A stretch of DNA of 64,000 nucleotides from IMG/VR virus record IMGVR_UViG_3300042890_006716. One strand, 5' to 3'. A program made the translations under genes and the position numbers. Position 1 is the first letter of the stretch, and every line of letters begins with the position of its first letter. This document shows positions 43,137 to 52,052 of the stretch, piece after piece. The notes beneath the pieces are model-generated. The model ran no database searches. It was given only the letters and a program-made list of their open reading frames with translations, and was not told where the DNA came from. This DNA comes from an uncultured virus (IMG/VR IMGVR_UViG_3300042890_006716). Taxonomy: Duplodnaviria > Heunggongvirae > Uroviricota > Caudoviricetes.

Positions 43137-44300
43137 ATGAAAGTTAAATTAGAATATGTGTGGTTGGATGGGTATCAGCCAGAACCTAATCTTAGAAGTA
43201 AGGTTAAGGTGATTGAAAAAGAAGAGACTGGTCTTCAGAATATTCCATATGGGGATATTATAACACTGAAGGATTGCCCTGAGTGGAGTTTTGATGGTTC
43301 ATCAACACAACAAGCTGACGGACATTTTTCTGATTGTATTTTGAAACCTGTTAGAGTTTATCACAACTCACTTAACGAAGGTGGTCTATGGTCTTTCTTG
43401 GTGTTGTGTGAGGTTATGAATCCCGATGGGACTCCACACGTATCAAATACAAGAAGTCTTGTTGGGGAAGAAGAAGAGGACCTTTGGTTTGGTTTTGAAC
43501 AAGAGTATACCATTATGAAAGATGGTAGACCTTTGGGTTTCCCTGAGAATGGATATCCTGAACCACAAGGAAAATACTATTGTGGTGTAGGTAACGGACA
43601 AGTTAACGGTAGAAAATTTGTGGATACTCATATGGAAAATTGTATCTTGGCAGGTATTGAAATTACAGGTACAAACGCCGAGGTCTTATTGGGTCAGTGG
43701 GAGTACCAGGTATTCTCCAAAGGTAAATTAAAGGCCGGTGATGATTTGTGGATGTCGAGATACATTTTACAACAAATGTCTGAGGACTATGGTTTTAAGA
43801 TTGAATTCCACCCTAAACCTGTGATGGGTGATTGGAATGGTTCAGGATTACACTGTAACTTCTCAAATGACAAGATGAGAAATGAAGGTGGTGATGAATA
43901 CTTCAAAAACATCTTTAACGCCTTTGATTCACGTCATCAGTTACACATTAACAATTACGGTTCTGATAACAATCTTCGTTTGACTGGTAAACACGAAACC
44001 CAATCTATTGACAAGTTTAGTTGGGGGGTTGCTGACCGAGGTGCATCAATCAGAGTTCCATTGTCTACATCAAAAGAATGGAAGGGTTATGTTGAAGACC
44101 GTAGACCGGCATCAAATGGTGACCCATATAAAATTGTTGGTATCATATCCGAAACTCTGGACTTTGCATTAACTCTTGATAAGATTATTCATAATATGAA
44201 TACTAAAGTTGATACTCAAAAATCACCACTTAAAGATATTATGGAACAACATCAATTCGAAGAGTCTGAAAATAAAAGTGGTTCAATTTATAACGATTAA
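43137..44300 (+). CDS. glnII: Glutamine synthetase type II
   Basis: LEYVWLDG, WSFDGSST, WFGFEQEY, PQGKYYCGVG, NAEVLLGQWEYQ, DWNGSGLHCNFS, RLTGKHET, EDRRPASNGDPY. Confidence 0.95.
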   Translation: MKVKLEYVWLDGYQPEPNLRSKVKVIEKEETGLQNIPYGDIITLKDCPEWSFDGSSTQQADGHFSDCILKPVRVYHNSLNEGGLWSFLVLCEVMNPDGTPHVSNTRSLVGEEEEDLWFGFEQEYTIMKDGRPLGFPENGYPEPQGKYYCGVGNGQVNGRKFVDTHMENCILAGIEITGTNAEVLLGQWEYQVFSKGKLKAGDDLWMSRYILQQMSEDYGFKIEFHPKPVMGDWNGSGLHCNFSNDKMRNEGGDEYFKNIFNAFDSRHQLHINNYGSDNNLRLTGKHETQSIDKFSWGVADRGASIRVPLSTSKEWKGYVEDRRPASNGDPYKIVGIISETLDFALTLDKIIHNMNTKVDTQKSPLKDIMEQHQFEESENKSGSIYND

Positions 44301-44303
44301 TAT

Positions 44304-45473
44304 ATGAGTGAACAAGTAAATCACCCTCAACATTATGGGGGAAAGAATAATCCATATGAAGCAATAAAAGTTATTGAAGCTTGGGACTTAGGATTTAATC
44401 TTGGGAATACTGTAAAATATATTTCAAGGGCAGGTAAAAAGGGGACTGACAAGGAACTTCAAGATTTGAATAAAGCTCTATGGTATCTCAACCGTGAGGT
44501 TCAGAATAAAAGTGGAAATGGTGATAAACCTCATCGTAGACTGATAATCCATAACCCAACAAATGACAAAACTCGATACTATCGTAATTACAATTTATTT
44601 TGGGATGAGTTAACCCAAGAACTATCAGAACGATATGAGGTTATTGAGAACAGGCATTTTGAGAATGCTCACTTTGACAGACAAGAAATTAAATTAAAAA
44701 AAGGTCTTGCCAAAGAATTCTTATTGTTGGAGTGTGAATATGTTATTGAAGATGCTGACTCTGGTGAGTTTTGGATTATGAGTGTCTCTGATGACTTGGG
44801 TTACGCAACTATGAATGAGAAACACAATCCTTTATGTAAGAAGGTTTTGATTTCACAGTTCATTGATTACAAGATTAAACACCACGTTGATAATAACTAT
44901 GACAAATACTCACCTTGGATTTATTTCCCATCTGGTTTGATTGACTTGGAACAGTTTTATCACAAAAGAAAACACGTTCAAAACAAAGTACCTTTAATGT
45001 ATTTCAGAGGTAATGTTTCACAAAGACCCGCTTTAAAACATTTCTCGGATGAGTTGTTGTATTGTCCCGAAACACCAACAACCCCTGAAGCATACTTCAA
45101 TGATATGATAGATTACCAAGTGTCGTTGTCTATGGCAGGAGTGGGAGAACTTTGTTATAGAGACATTGAATGTATGGCGATTGGAATGCCATTGATTAGA
45201 TTTGAGTTCCAAGTTGAAATGCACGAAAAGTTAATTCCAAACGTACATTACATTTCTGTTCCATATCCTGATGATATGCCAAGACACAATGGAGTTGCCA
45301 GTGACCGACTATCAGGACCTCACCACGTAAAAATGATTGAGGAAAGATTCAAAGAGGTTGTTGATGACCACGAATTTTTAAGTTATATTTCTAAAAACGC
45401 AAGGGAGTATTATGAAAGAAACTTGTCACCACAAAGTAGAGTGAATAAAACCCTTGAAATTTTAGGATTATAA
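44304..45473 (+). CDS. DUF3310 (SaV-like) domain fused to a glycosyltransferase-like domain
   Basis: VNHPQHY...FNLGNTVKYISRAGKK...DLNKALWYL; C-terminal YFRG, LSMAGVGELCYRDIECMAIG, LIPNVHYI, ISKNAREYYE. Confidence 0.7.
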   Translation: MSEQVNHPQHYGGKNNPYEAIKVIEAWDLGFNLGNTVKYISRAGKKGTDKELQDLNKALWYLNREVQNKSGNGDKPHRRLIIHNPTNDKTRYYRNYNLFWDELTQELSERYEVIENRHFENAHFDRQEIKLKKGLAKEFLLLECEYVIEDADSGEFWIMSVSDDLGYATMNEKHNPLCKKVLISQFIDYKIKHHVDNNYDKYSPWIYFPSGLIDLEQFYHKRKHVQNKVPLMYFRGNVSQRPALKHFSDELLYCPETPTTPEAYFNDMIDYQVSLSMAGVGELCYRDIECMAIGMPLIRFEFQVEMHEKLIPNVHYISVPYPDDMPRHNGVASDRLSGPHHVKMIEERFKEVVDDHEFLSYISKNAREYYERNLSPQSRVNKTLEILGL

Positions 45474-45474
45474 T

Positions 45475-46344
45475 ATGGAAGATTTAATTGGAAGAGTAAT
45501 TAATGGAGATTGTATTGAAGTGATGGCTTCGATGCCTGAAGGTTCAGTGGACCTGATTGTTACATCACCACCTTATGGTGTTGGTATCGATTATGATGTT
45601 CACGAAGATGATATGGTTTGGGAGGAATATGTAAAATTTACATATTCGTGGATGGAACAAGCATACCGTGTATTGAAAGATGATGGTAGGATTGCTCTTA
45701 ACATCCCATACGAAATCAACCGTCAGGATAAAGGAGGTAGAATCTTTATGGTCAGTGAAGTGTGGCAGATTATGAAACAGATTGGTTACAAATTCTTCGG
45801 AGTTGTTGACCTTGAAGAAGAATCACCACATAGAAGTCGTACCACGGCTTGGGGGTCTTGGATGAGCCCTTCAGCCCCTTACATCTATAACCCAAAAGAA
45901 TGTGTTATTTTGGCATACAAAAACAAACACATTAAGAAAGTAAAAGGTCAACCTGAATGGACTGGCGAAATGGGAGAAGTAGAAGGTAAGGATGGTAATA
46001 TGAGACCAAAGATGATGTATACGGAACAACAAAAACGTGAGTTCATCGATTTGGTTTTCGGACAGTGGAAATACTTTGCTGACACACGAAGTCTAACTAA
46101 AGCCACGTTCTCAATGGATATTCCAACCAAGGCAATCAAAATTCTTACGTATAAGAATGACATTGTTCTTGACCCATTCGCAGGTTCAGGTACAAGTTTG
46201 GTCGCCGCTGAGACACTTGACAGAAGATGGATTGGTATTGAACTGAGTCCAAACTATTCTAAAGTGGCTCGAGACAGAGTCGGGTTATTCGTAGAACAAC
46301 GAAGACAACAAGTCATCGATTTCAACAATCAGAACCCTCACTAA
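45475..46344 (+). CDS. DNA methyltransferase (N4-cytosine/N6-adenine, beta class)
   Basis: VTSPPY preceding VLDPFAGSGT. Confidence 0.9.
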   Translation: MEDLIGRVINGDCIEVMASMPEGSVDLIVTSPPYGVGIDYDVHEDDMVWEEYVKFTYSWMEQAYRVLKDDGRIALNIPYEINRQDKGGRIFMVSEVWQIMKQIGYKFFGVVDLEEESPHRSRTTAWGSWMSPSAPYIYNPKECVILAYKNKHIKKVKGQPEWTGEMGEVEGKDGNMRPKMMYTEQQKREFIDLVFGQWKYFADTRSLTKATFSMDIPTKAIKILTYKNDIVLDPFAGSGTSLVAAETLDRRWIGIELSPNYSKVARDRVGLFVEQRRQQVIDFNNQNPH

Positions 46345-46365
46345 AAAAGTGGGGGTTTTCTTTTT
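46333..46365 (+). terminator. Intrinsic terminator (ccctcac/gtggggg family)
   Basis: aaccctcac-taaaaaa-gtgggggtt followed by a T-run. Confidence 0.7.
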
Positions 46366-46395
46366 AACTTCTTGGTATTTATTGTAAAAGAATTT

Positions 46396-47427
46396 ATGCC
46401 TCAAGTAATATTAACGGAATCCCAACTTGAAATCATTAAGAGTGTTATGGTATTGGAAAAAACTTCTGATACTAAAACTCTTAACGAGGACAATTGGAAA
46501 AATGATGTGTTAAGTTTGGTTGGGATTGTAGACCCAACAGGAATTGCTGATTTAATAAACGCAATATCTTATTACAGACAAGGCGATAACCTTTATGCCT
46601 TTTTATCGTTAATTTCTGTTGTCCCTTACATTGGTGATGCTTTAGGTAAATCTGTTATGGGAGCGATGAAAGTTGGGGGTAAAACACCTCAATTAATGAG
46701 AGCGGTATCTAAAGCAGTTGATGCTGGTGATACTGTTAAAGCGCAAAAATATCTAAATCAAATTGCTAAAAGTGAAGGTGCTCTTGGTACTTTCGCAAGA
46801 AAAGGTAGAGAATGGGCACCAAAAGTTGATGAATTCATTGACCGTATACCTGGTGGAGCCATCACAAGAGGATTTAAAAACACCATCAAAGAATGGGTAA
46901 GACTTTTTAGAGGTGTTGGAACTGAGGCGGCTTCTTTAGCGAAAAGATTACCTACTAAATCTGCTAAACAACAACAAGAACTAATTCAAGGACTTGAGTC
47001 GTTAGTTAAGAGAGAAAAATTCTTGGACCCCACAATTTTAAACAAACCAAATTTTTTACAAAGATTTTTTTATGGTGGTGGATTAGGTGCTGGAAGAGTT
47101 TCGGACCTATGGAGAAAAGGTAATATGAAGATTAGAGTTTTGATGGGTAAAACCAAATTCTATTTAGGATTCTTAGATTATTTAGGTGTTGCAAATTTTG
47201 TTGGACCAGATGAACTTGAAAAAATAGTTGGAGGGGAAGACGAATTATTAGCCAAGATGGAGAAGTATGAAAAAACTCCTGAAGCACAAACATATTTACA
47301 AGAGGATTTCCCAAAAGTATCAGATGAAGTTAAAGATGGTGGTAACGAAATGTCTTTAGGTTCACAAAAAATGGATATAATGGGTATGTTTATGAATACA
47401 TTAATAAAAGGACCAATGACGGCTTAA
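46396..47427 (+). CDS. Hypothetical protein with pre-toxin-TG-like hydrophobic hairpin
   Basis: DPTGIADLINAISY...SLISVVPYIGD; N-terminal VILTESQL. Confidence 0.6.
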   Translation: MPQVILTESQLEIIKSVMVLEKTSDTKTLNEDNWKNDVLSLVGIVDPTGIADLINAISYYRQGDNLYAFLSLISVVPYIGDALGKSVMGAMKVGGKTPQLMRAVSKAVDAGDTVKAQKYLNQIAKSEGALGTFARKGREWAPKVDEFIDRIPGGAITRGFKNTIKEWVRLFRGVGTEAASLAKRLPTKSAKQQQELIQGLESLVKREKFLDPTILNKPNFLQRFFYGGGLGAGRVSDLWRKGNMKIRVLMGKTKFYLGFLDYLGVANFVGPDELEKIVGGEDELLAKMEKYEKTPEAQTYLQEDFPKVSDEVKDGGNEMSLGSQKMDIMGMFMNTLIKGPMTA

Positions 47428-47428
47428 A

Positions 47429-47800
47429 ATGAAAGAAGAAGTAATATTAAAATTAGTACAAATACAAAACCAATTTAGATTTATACATTGGCAAACTATG
47501 TATGACGCAAAACACAGAGCATACGGTAAAGTATACGATAAAATGGGGGGATTCATTGATGACTTTGTTGAAGGTATGATGGGTAAATATGGTAGACCTG
47601 AATTTACAGAATCATTCTCAATTATGTTTCAAGACTTAGAATCAATGTCATTACAAAGCTTTATTGATGGTACGTGTGAATTTTTAATTTCACTTACTGA
47701 CAGATTAGACCCTAAAGTTGATAGCGACTTACTCAACTTGAGAGATGAGATGTTACTATTAATAAACAAATTAAAATACCTATTAACACTTAAATACTAA
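47429..47800 (+). CDS. Ferritin/Dps-like protein (DUF5856-like)
   Basis: HWQT...HRAYG..YD...IDDFVE...LNLRDEM...KYLLTL. Confidence 0.7.
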   Translation: MKEEVILKLVQIQNQFRFIHWQTMYDAKHRAYGKVYDKMGGFIDDFVEGMMGKYGRPEFTESFSIMFQDLESMSLQSFIDGTCEFLISLTDRLDPKVDSDLLNLRDEMLLLINKLKYLLTLKY

Positions 47801-48171
47801 TGAAAAAAGTTATTAGATTAACAGAGTCAGAATTAACTAACTTAATTCGTAAGGTTGTTAGTGAACAGACACAACCTGAATCTTTTTACGTTAAAAAAGC
47901 GGAAGAGATTCTTAAAAAAGGTCCTAAACCAACTGAAGCCGGTGCAAAATATTGTTTCACTAAAGAAGATTTAGTTAAAGATATTAAAAACGAAGGTGTG
48001 CAAAACATAATGTTGTATAAAATCAAACCTGGTGATAGTTTGAGTAAATTAGAAGATATGACGATGCAAGCGAACCATATGTATAAATTCAATCATTTGT
48101 GTAATTTAAAGGCTAAAAATGGGTTAAGAGCTAACGATGTGGTTCTTATGAGTATGTTACCATCAATGTAA
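47800..48171 (+). CDS. Hypothetical protein with LysM-like C-terminus
   Basis: MKKVIRLTESELTNLIRKVVSEQ; YKIKPGDSLSKL. Confidence 0.6.
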   Translation: MKKVIRLTESELTNLIRKVVSEQTQPESFYVKKAEEILKKGPKPTEAGAKYCFTKEDLVKDIKNEGVQNIMLYKIKPGDSLSKLEDMTMQANHMYKFNHLCNLKAKNGLRANDVVLMSMLPSM

Positions 48172-48180
48172 TTAGTGTGT

Positions 48181-49593
48181 ATGAAAAAAATAATTAAGGA
48201 ATCAGGTTTAAGAGACATTAAGGCTTTGGCACAAAGATACCCAAAGGCTAAAATATATTTCCACCAAGATTTGGATGGTGTAACAACTGCAATTGCAATG
48301 AAAAAATACCTTGAAGATAATGGTATTAAAGTTGTTGATAGTGAGGTTATACAGTATGGAGATAAAGAATTCTCAGTTAAAAAACCTGATGCATCTGGTG
48401 ATGTAATGCCAGTCTTAGTTGATTTTGCTCACGGTAAACCAATGTTTGTTATTCACACTGACCACCACGACAAACAAGTCGGTGCTGAGAAAGACGCTTC
48501 AAAGTCTTTTAGACAGGCAAGGTCAAACGTTGAAACCATTTCACAAATTATCTCACCAAAAGAATTATTTCCTGCTGATGACATTAGATTAATATCAACT
48601 GTCGACTCAGCAGACTTTGCCAAATATGGTTTAACAACCAAGGATGTAATCAATTATTTGTTTAGACTTAACAAAGAAAAAGATTTGGCTAGTAACAAAA
48701 TGTTGTTAGGATTTGTTACAAACAAACTATTGTTGGCGTTCAAAAACAAGAAAGGGTTCCTTGAATACTTGGTTAATGATTCGGAACCATCCTTACTTTC
48801 AATATTAAACAACATCAAATCTTGGATGGGTTCCAATACAAGAGAAAAACCTGAGGACCTTCAAAGAAACGCTGAGACCTATATGGACTCAATGAAAGGT
48901 CATCCAAATGTTAGGAAGATTGGTAATATCATCGTTCAGTATGGTATGGGTAGTTTAAAAGGTACTGGGTCATATGACCGATACACTCCTTTTAGAAACA
49001 ATCCTGAAGCTGACTTCTTAATTATTATGTGGCCGTTAGGGTTAGTACAGGCATCTTGTAATCCATTCAAAAAAGATAGAGAACTCAAAGGTGTTAATCT
49101 CGGTGAGATTGCACAAGAGGTTCTGGCCAAATGGGAGGGACAACTTAAAGATAGAACAATCCCATTATCAACGATAAAGTATGTGAGTGAATCATCAGTT
49201 GGACCTGAATCAGTAGGATTTACATTCAAAGACTTCGATGCAATTTATGGTGGTAAGTTGATGATGATGGATGGTGGTGAAAAAATCCTTGATAAAATTA
49301 AGGATATGATGGAAAAACCATACGACCAACTATCTGAAGAAGAAATGCAAATGTTAGATAAGATTGGTATCAACGCTTGGGACTTGATTCAAGCTAACTC
49401 AGGTGGACACAAATGTATTACCAACATATCAGGACTTAACTATCTTGGAAGAAGTACAAGACCACCAAGAGGTTCATACAGATACGACCCTGAAAGAGAG
49501 GACGCTCCTTACATTAAGTTTGTTAAAATGATTGGTGAGGAATTTTTGAGAAAGTTACAAGAGAAGATTGATGCTAGTCAACAAGAATCTTAA
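48181..49593 (+). CDS. DHH-family phosphoesterase
   Basis: FHQDLDG, LVDF, TDHH, TVDSAD and SGGH motifs. Confidence 0.75.
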   Translation: MKKIIKESGLRDIKALAQRYPKAKIYFHQDLDGVTTAIAMKKYLEDNGIKVVDSEVIQYGDKEFSVKKPDASGDVMPVLVDFAHGKPMFVIHTDHHDKQVGAEKDASKSFRQARSNVETISQIISPKELFPADDIRLISTVDSADFAKYGLTTKDVINYLFRLNKEKDLASNKMLLGFVTNKLLLAFKNKKGFLEYLVNDSEPSLLSILNNIKSWMGSNTREKPEDLQRNAETYMDSMKGHPNVRKIGNIIVQYGMGSLKGTGSYDRYTPFRNNPEADFLIIMWPLGLVQASCNPFKKDRELKGVNLGEIAQEVLAKWEGQLKDRTIPLSTIKYVSESSVGPESVGFTFKDFDAIYGGKLMMMDGGEKILDKIKDMMEKPYDQLSEEEMQMLDKIGINAWDLIQANSGGHKCITNISGLNYLGRSTRPPRGSYRYDPEREDAPYIKFVKMIGEEFLRKLQEKIDASQQES

Positions 49594-49924
49594 TCTCATC
49601 ACCTTTTTTGATATCGAGTTCTTTTGCAGAACCACCCATAATTTCTAAAATCATTCCACCCTTTCCACAATAACTTGGACAGTCATCTTCTTTACAAGGA
49701 GGACAGTCGTGGTGTATCTTAGTTATTACTCTATTATCAATGAATATGATATCAAGAGGAATGACGCAGTTCTTCATCCAAAAACAACTTGAGTCTTCAT
49801 CCATAAAGAATAACATACCGTTATACTCGTCAGTAAATTTACGACCCATCATACCCATAGCACGACCTTTATTGTCGTGTCTAATCTTCACATTGAATAT
49901 ATTTTCACCTATTTTTACTCTCAT
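49574..49924 (-). CDS. DUF192 family protein
   Basis: GMMGR...GMLF...FWMKNCVIPLDIIFI...ILEI.GG. Confidence 0.85.
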   Translation of the reverse strand: MRVKIGENIFNVKIRHDNKGRAMGMMGRKFTDEYNGMLFFMDEDSSCFWMKNCVIPLDIIFIDNRVITKIHHDCPPCKEDDCPSYCGKGGMILEIMGGSAKELDIKKGDEIKILVD

Positions 49925-49938
49925 AGATATCTATAAAT

Positions 49939-50358
49939 ATGAATGATTACAAAAGATACGTCGGTGTACTAGTCAAAGTTGGTGACAAATGCTTACTATG
50001 TAAGAGAAATAAGAAGGGTAGTTTCCCTGGTATGTGGTCTGTTCCTGCGGGAAAAATTGAAGAGGGGGAAGAGACAAGGGTGGCAGCTGTTAGAGAATTT
50101 AAAGAAGAAACTGATTTAGATTTGAATCCTGATAACTTAAAGTTCACTGGTATGTTACCAAGATTTACGCGTGATGGTAAACACTTCAAGGGACTAATGT
50201 ATCTATATGAATACAATAGCGATACGGAACTTATACCTGATTTGGAGAGTGCCAAAGACGGTGAGGAACACACCGAATGTGGTTATTTTACCAAAAAACA
50301 AGTAAAAAACCTTGAAACAGGAGAAAAATTAAATAAATTGTTAATGAATATACTGTAA
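49939..50358 (+). CDS. NUDIX hydrolase
   Basis: GKIEEGEETRVAAVREFKEETDL Nudix box. Confidence 0.9.
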   Translation: MNDYKRYVGVLVKVGDKCLLCKRNKKGSFPGMWSVPAGKIEEGEETRVAAVREFKEETDLDLNPDNLKFTGMLPRFTRDGKHFKGLMYLYEYNSDTELIPDLESAKDGEEHTECGYFTKKQVKNLETGEKLNKLLMNIL

Positions 50359-50443
50359 GACTTGGTTTTTTCCAATTTTAGCATATATTTATAAAACTCT
50401 ACCGAAAGGTAGATAATACCCCCAAAAAAAGTTTCATAAACAA

Positions 50444-50475
50444 TTTGACAAGTCCAAAATTTGTTCGTAAGTTTG
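50444..50475 (+). promoter_or_regulatory. Promoter for the tRNA leader (TTTGACA ... TAAGTTTG)
   Basis: Bacteroidota -33/-7 elements; same spacing as the promoter at 50686-50716. Confidence 0.7.
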
Positions 50476-50588
50476 TGAGACACTCGGAAGAAGAGGAGTA
50501 GAATCCTCAAACCCCAAATCCCAAAATGAGTGTTCGAGAGGATATAAGTTTTGGGATTTTTTTTCGAATCACGTTCTTTAAAATATAT

Positions 50589-50662
50589 CGCGGGGTGGTA
50601 GCAGTTGGTAGCTCGCAAGGCTCATAACCTTGAGGCCGTCGGTTCGAGTCCGACTCCCGCAA
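50589..50662 (+). tRNA. tRNA-Met (CAT), initiator-like
   Basis: Cloverleaf: acceptor CGCGGGG/TCCCGCA with C1:A72 mismatch, anticodon arm CAAGG-CTCATAA-CCTTG, T arm GTCGG-TTCGAGT-CCGAC; CCA not encoded. Confidence 0.93.
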
Positions 50663-50685
50663 CAAAAAAAACTTTTACAAAGTGC

Positions 50686-50716
50686 TTGACAGATTAAAAT
50701 AATCTTCTTAACTTTG
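50686..50716 (+). promoter_or_regulatory. Promoter for the large ncRNA (TTGACA ... TAACTTTG)
   Basis: -33/-7 elements followed by CACGTTCTTT, a boxA-like motif. Confidence 0.7.
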
Positions 50717-50751
50717 TGAAACAATTAACGAAACACGTTCTTTTACATATT

Positions 50752-51610
50752 TGATTATCCTTCTAACCAACAGGTTAGTAAATAAGATAATTGGCCGCCT
50801 ATGGTCAATAAATAAACCACGAAAGTGGGATAAAGTGGTCTCCGAAGGTTAACGGAGACTGCGGTTCTTTGAACTTCGGTTCTTAGAGCTCGAGTAGGCA
50901 AGCGGGATATCATTGTTCCTGAGTAGTCGAGGGTGACACTGTAGACAAAATGGAATGATGACTCAGCGATGTGGGTCGTTGAGTTGAGTTCGGAAGAACA
51001 ATAAGAATAACTCGTAGAATTGTTGTGAGAAGTAAAGTCATCCAACTTTACAATCACGGGATTCAATATCAGAGGTGTCTTAAAGACGAAAGTCATGTTA
51101 TCGTACAGGTGGTGCTGTTGGTAACCTTAGTTAGAATCTACCAAGATTTTAATTATGAAGATTTCTTGAAGTATCGAGGTAGGGATATCTCAGAGAGTAG
51201 TTCAGTATCGAGTCGTTCAAAAGATGGCTTGTCTGGTTGGCAGACCGCTACTTTCACCATCCACAGACCAACAACTTTGCATTTTGAAGTATGCAAATAC
51301 TAAAAGACGAAGGAAAAGTGTCTGTCAGTCGTAGGCGAAAGGTGACTACATAGTAATGAGATGTTCATTGCCATTATGGGTTCCCAAGACCCAAATGATT
51401 CTTGAGAAAGTTCTCTAATCCCGCAAGGATTCACTGGGGTGGCAACCTCGGAGAGTAACAAGTACAAAGAGAGTAACCGCACGACTCAAGGAATGGTACC
51501 CCTAAGGAACCGTCACTAAGAATTACTACTCAAAAGGTAGTGGAAACGGGAAGAAACAATAATGTCCCTAAAGATTCTTAATCGAAGGTGTATTCTCAAC
51601 CTAAGTGCCA
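50752..51610 (+). ncRNA. Giant structured ncRNA, probably GOLLD-class
   Basis: About 860 nt with no credible ORF, raised GC and many helices with GAAA/TTCG/GCAA loops; directly after a tRNA; has its own promoter and terminator. Boundaries approximate. Confidence 0.72.
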
Positions 51611-51611
51611 G

Positions 51612-51642
51612 AACCCGAAGAAAAAAATCTTCGGGTTTTTTT
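51612..51642 (+). terminator. Intrinsic terminator of the ncRNA
   Basis: aacccgaaga-aaaaaa-tcttcgggtt followed by a T-run. Confidence 0.85.
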
Positions 51643-51675
51643 GTTTATATGAAAAGTTATTTCTATATTTGTGGT

Positions 51676-51969
51676 ATGAAAATCAATTTTACATACAATA
51701 TTAGGATTGAGAACGAGAAGTTCGGGACCCTCTTGAATGAAACCTTTGTTGACGGTATTCAGTTTAAGTTGTTTTTGAAAATGGTTCACGGTTGTTTGGA
51801 ACTCAAAGGAGATTTGGATTTCTTCAATGGTACCGACTTCTTGGTTCACATTCCGTACAAATATTTGGTTGATTCAATTGTTTTGACTTCATTGATTACA
51901 CCCACGGTTGGTGAGGTATCATTGTCAGAACATATGAAATCCAAAGTGGAAGCTTTGGTTACCAAGTAA
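51676..51969 (+). CDS. Hypothetical protein
   Basis: ATG 4 nt after TATATTTG; the ORF track's longer start lies inside the ncRNA and terminator. Confidence 0.7.
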   Translation: MKINFTYNIRIENEKFGTLLNETFVDGIQFKLFLKMVHGCLELKGDLDFFNGTDFLVHIPYKYLVDSIVLTSLITPTVGEVSLSEHMKSKVEALVTK

Positions 51970-52023
51970 ATCCTGGTAGTCCAGGTGGTGGAGTCGATTG
52001 ACAAATCCTGTCAGTCCCAAAAG

Positions 52024-52052
52024 AAAAGGTCAGATATCATCTGACCTTTTTT
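52024..52052. terminator. Bidirectional terminator between convergent genes
   Basis: aaaaggtcagat-atc-atctgacctttt. Confidence 0.8.

Noticed and set aside
24560..46344. Complete restriction-modification systems around the two MTases
   Set aside because: No adjacent endonuclease was recognised; they appear to be orphan protective MTases
50752..51610. rRNA fragment, tmRNA, RNase P or self-splicing intron
   Set aside because: I recognised no universal rRNA, RNase P or tmRNA motifs; the element interrupts no gene and has its own promoter and terminator. A covariance-model search is still needed to exclude these formally
50755..51675. Short ORFs 50755-51096, 51025-51303, 51300-51482 and the 5' extension of 51562-51969
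   Set aside because: Atypical composition; they overlap the structured RNA and its terminator
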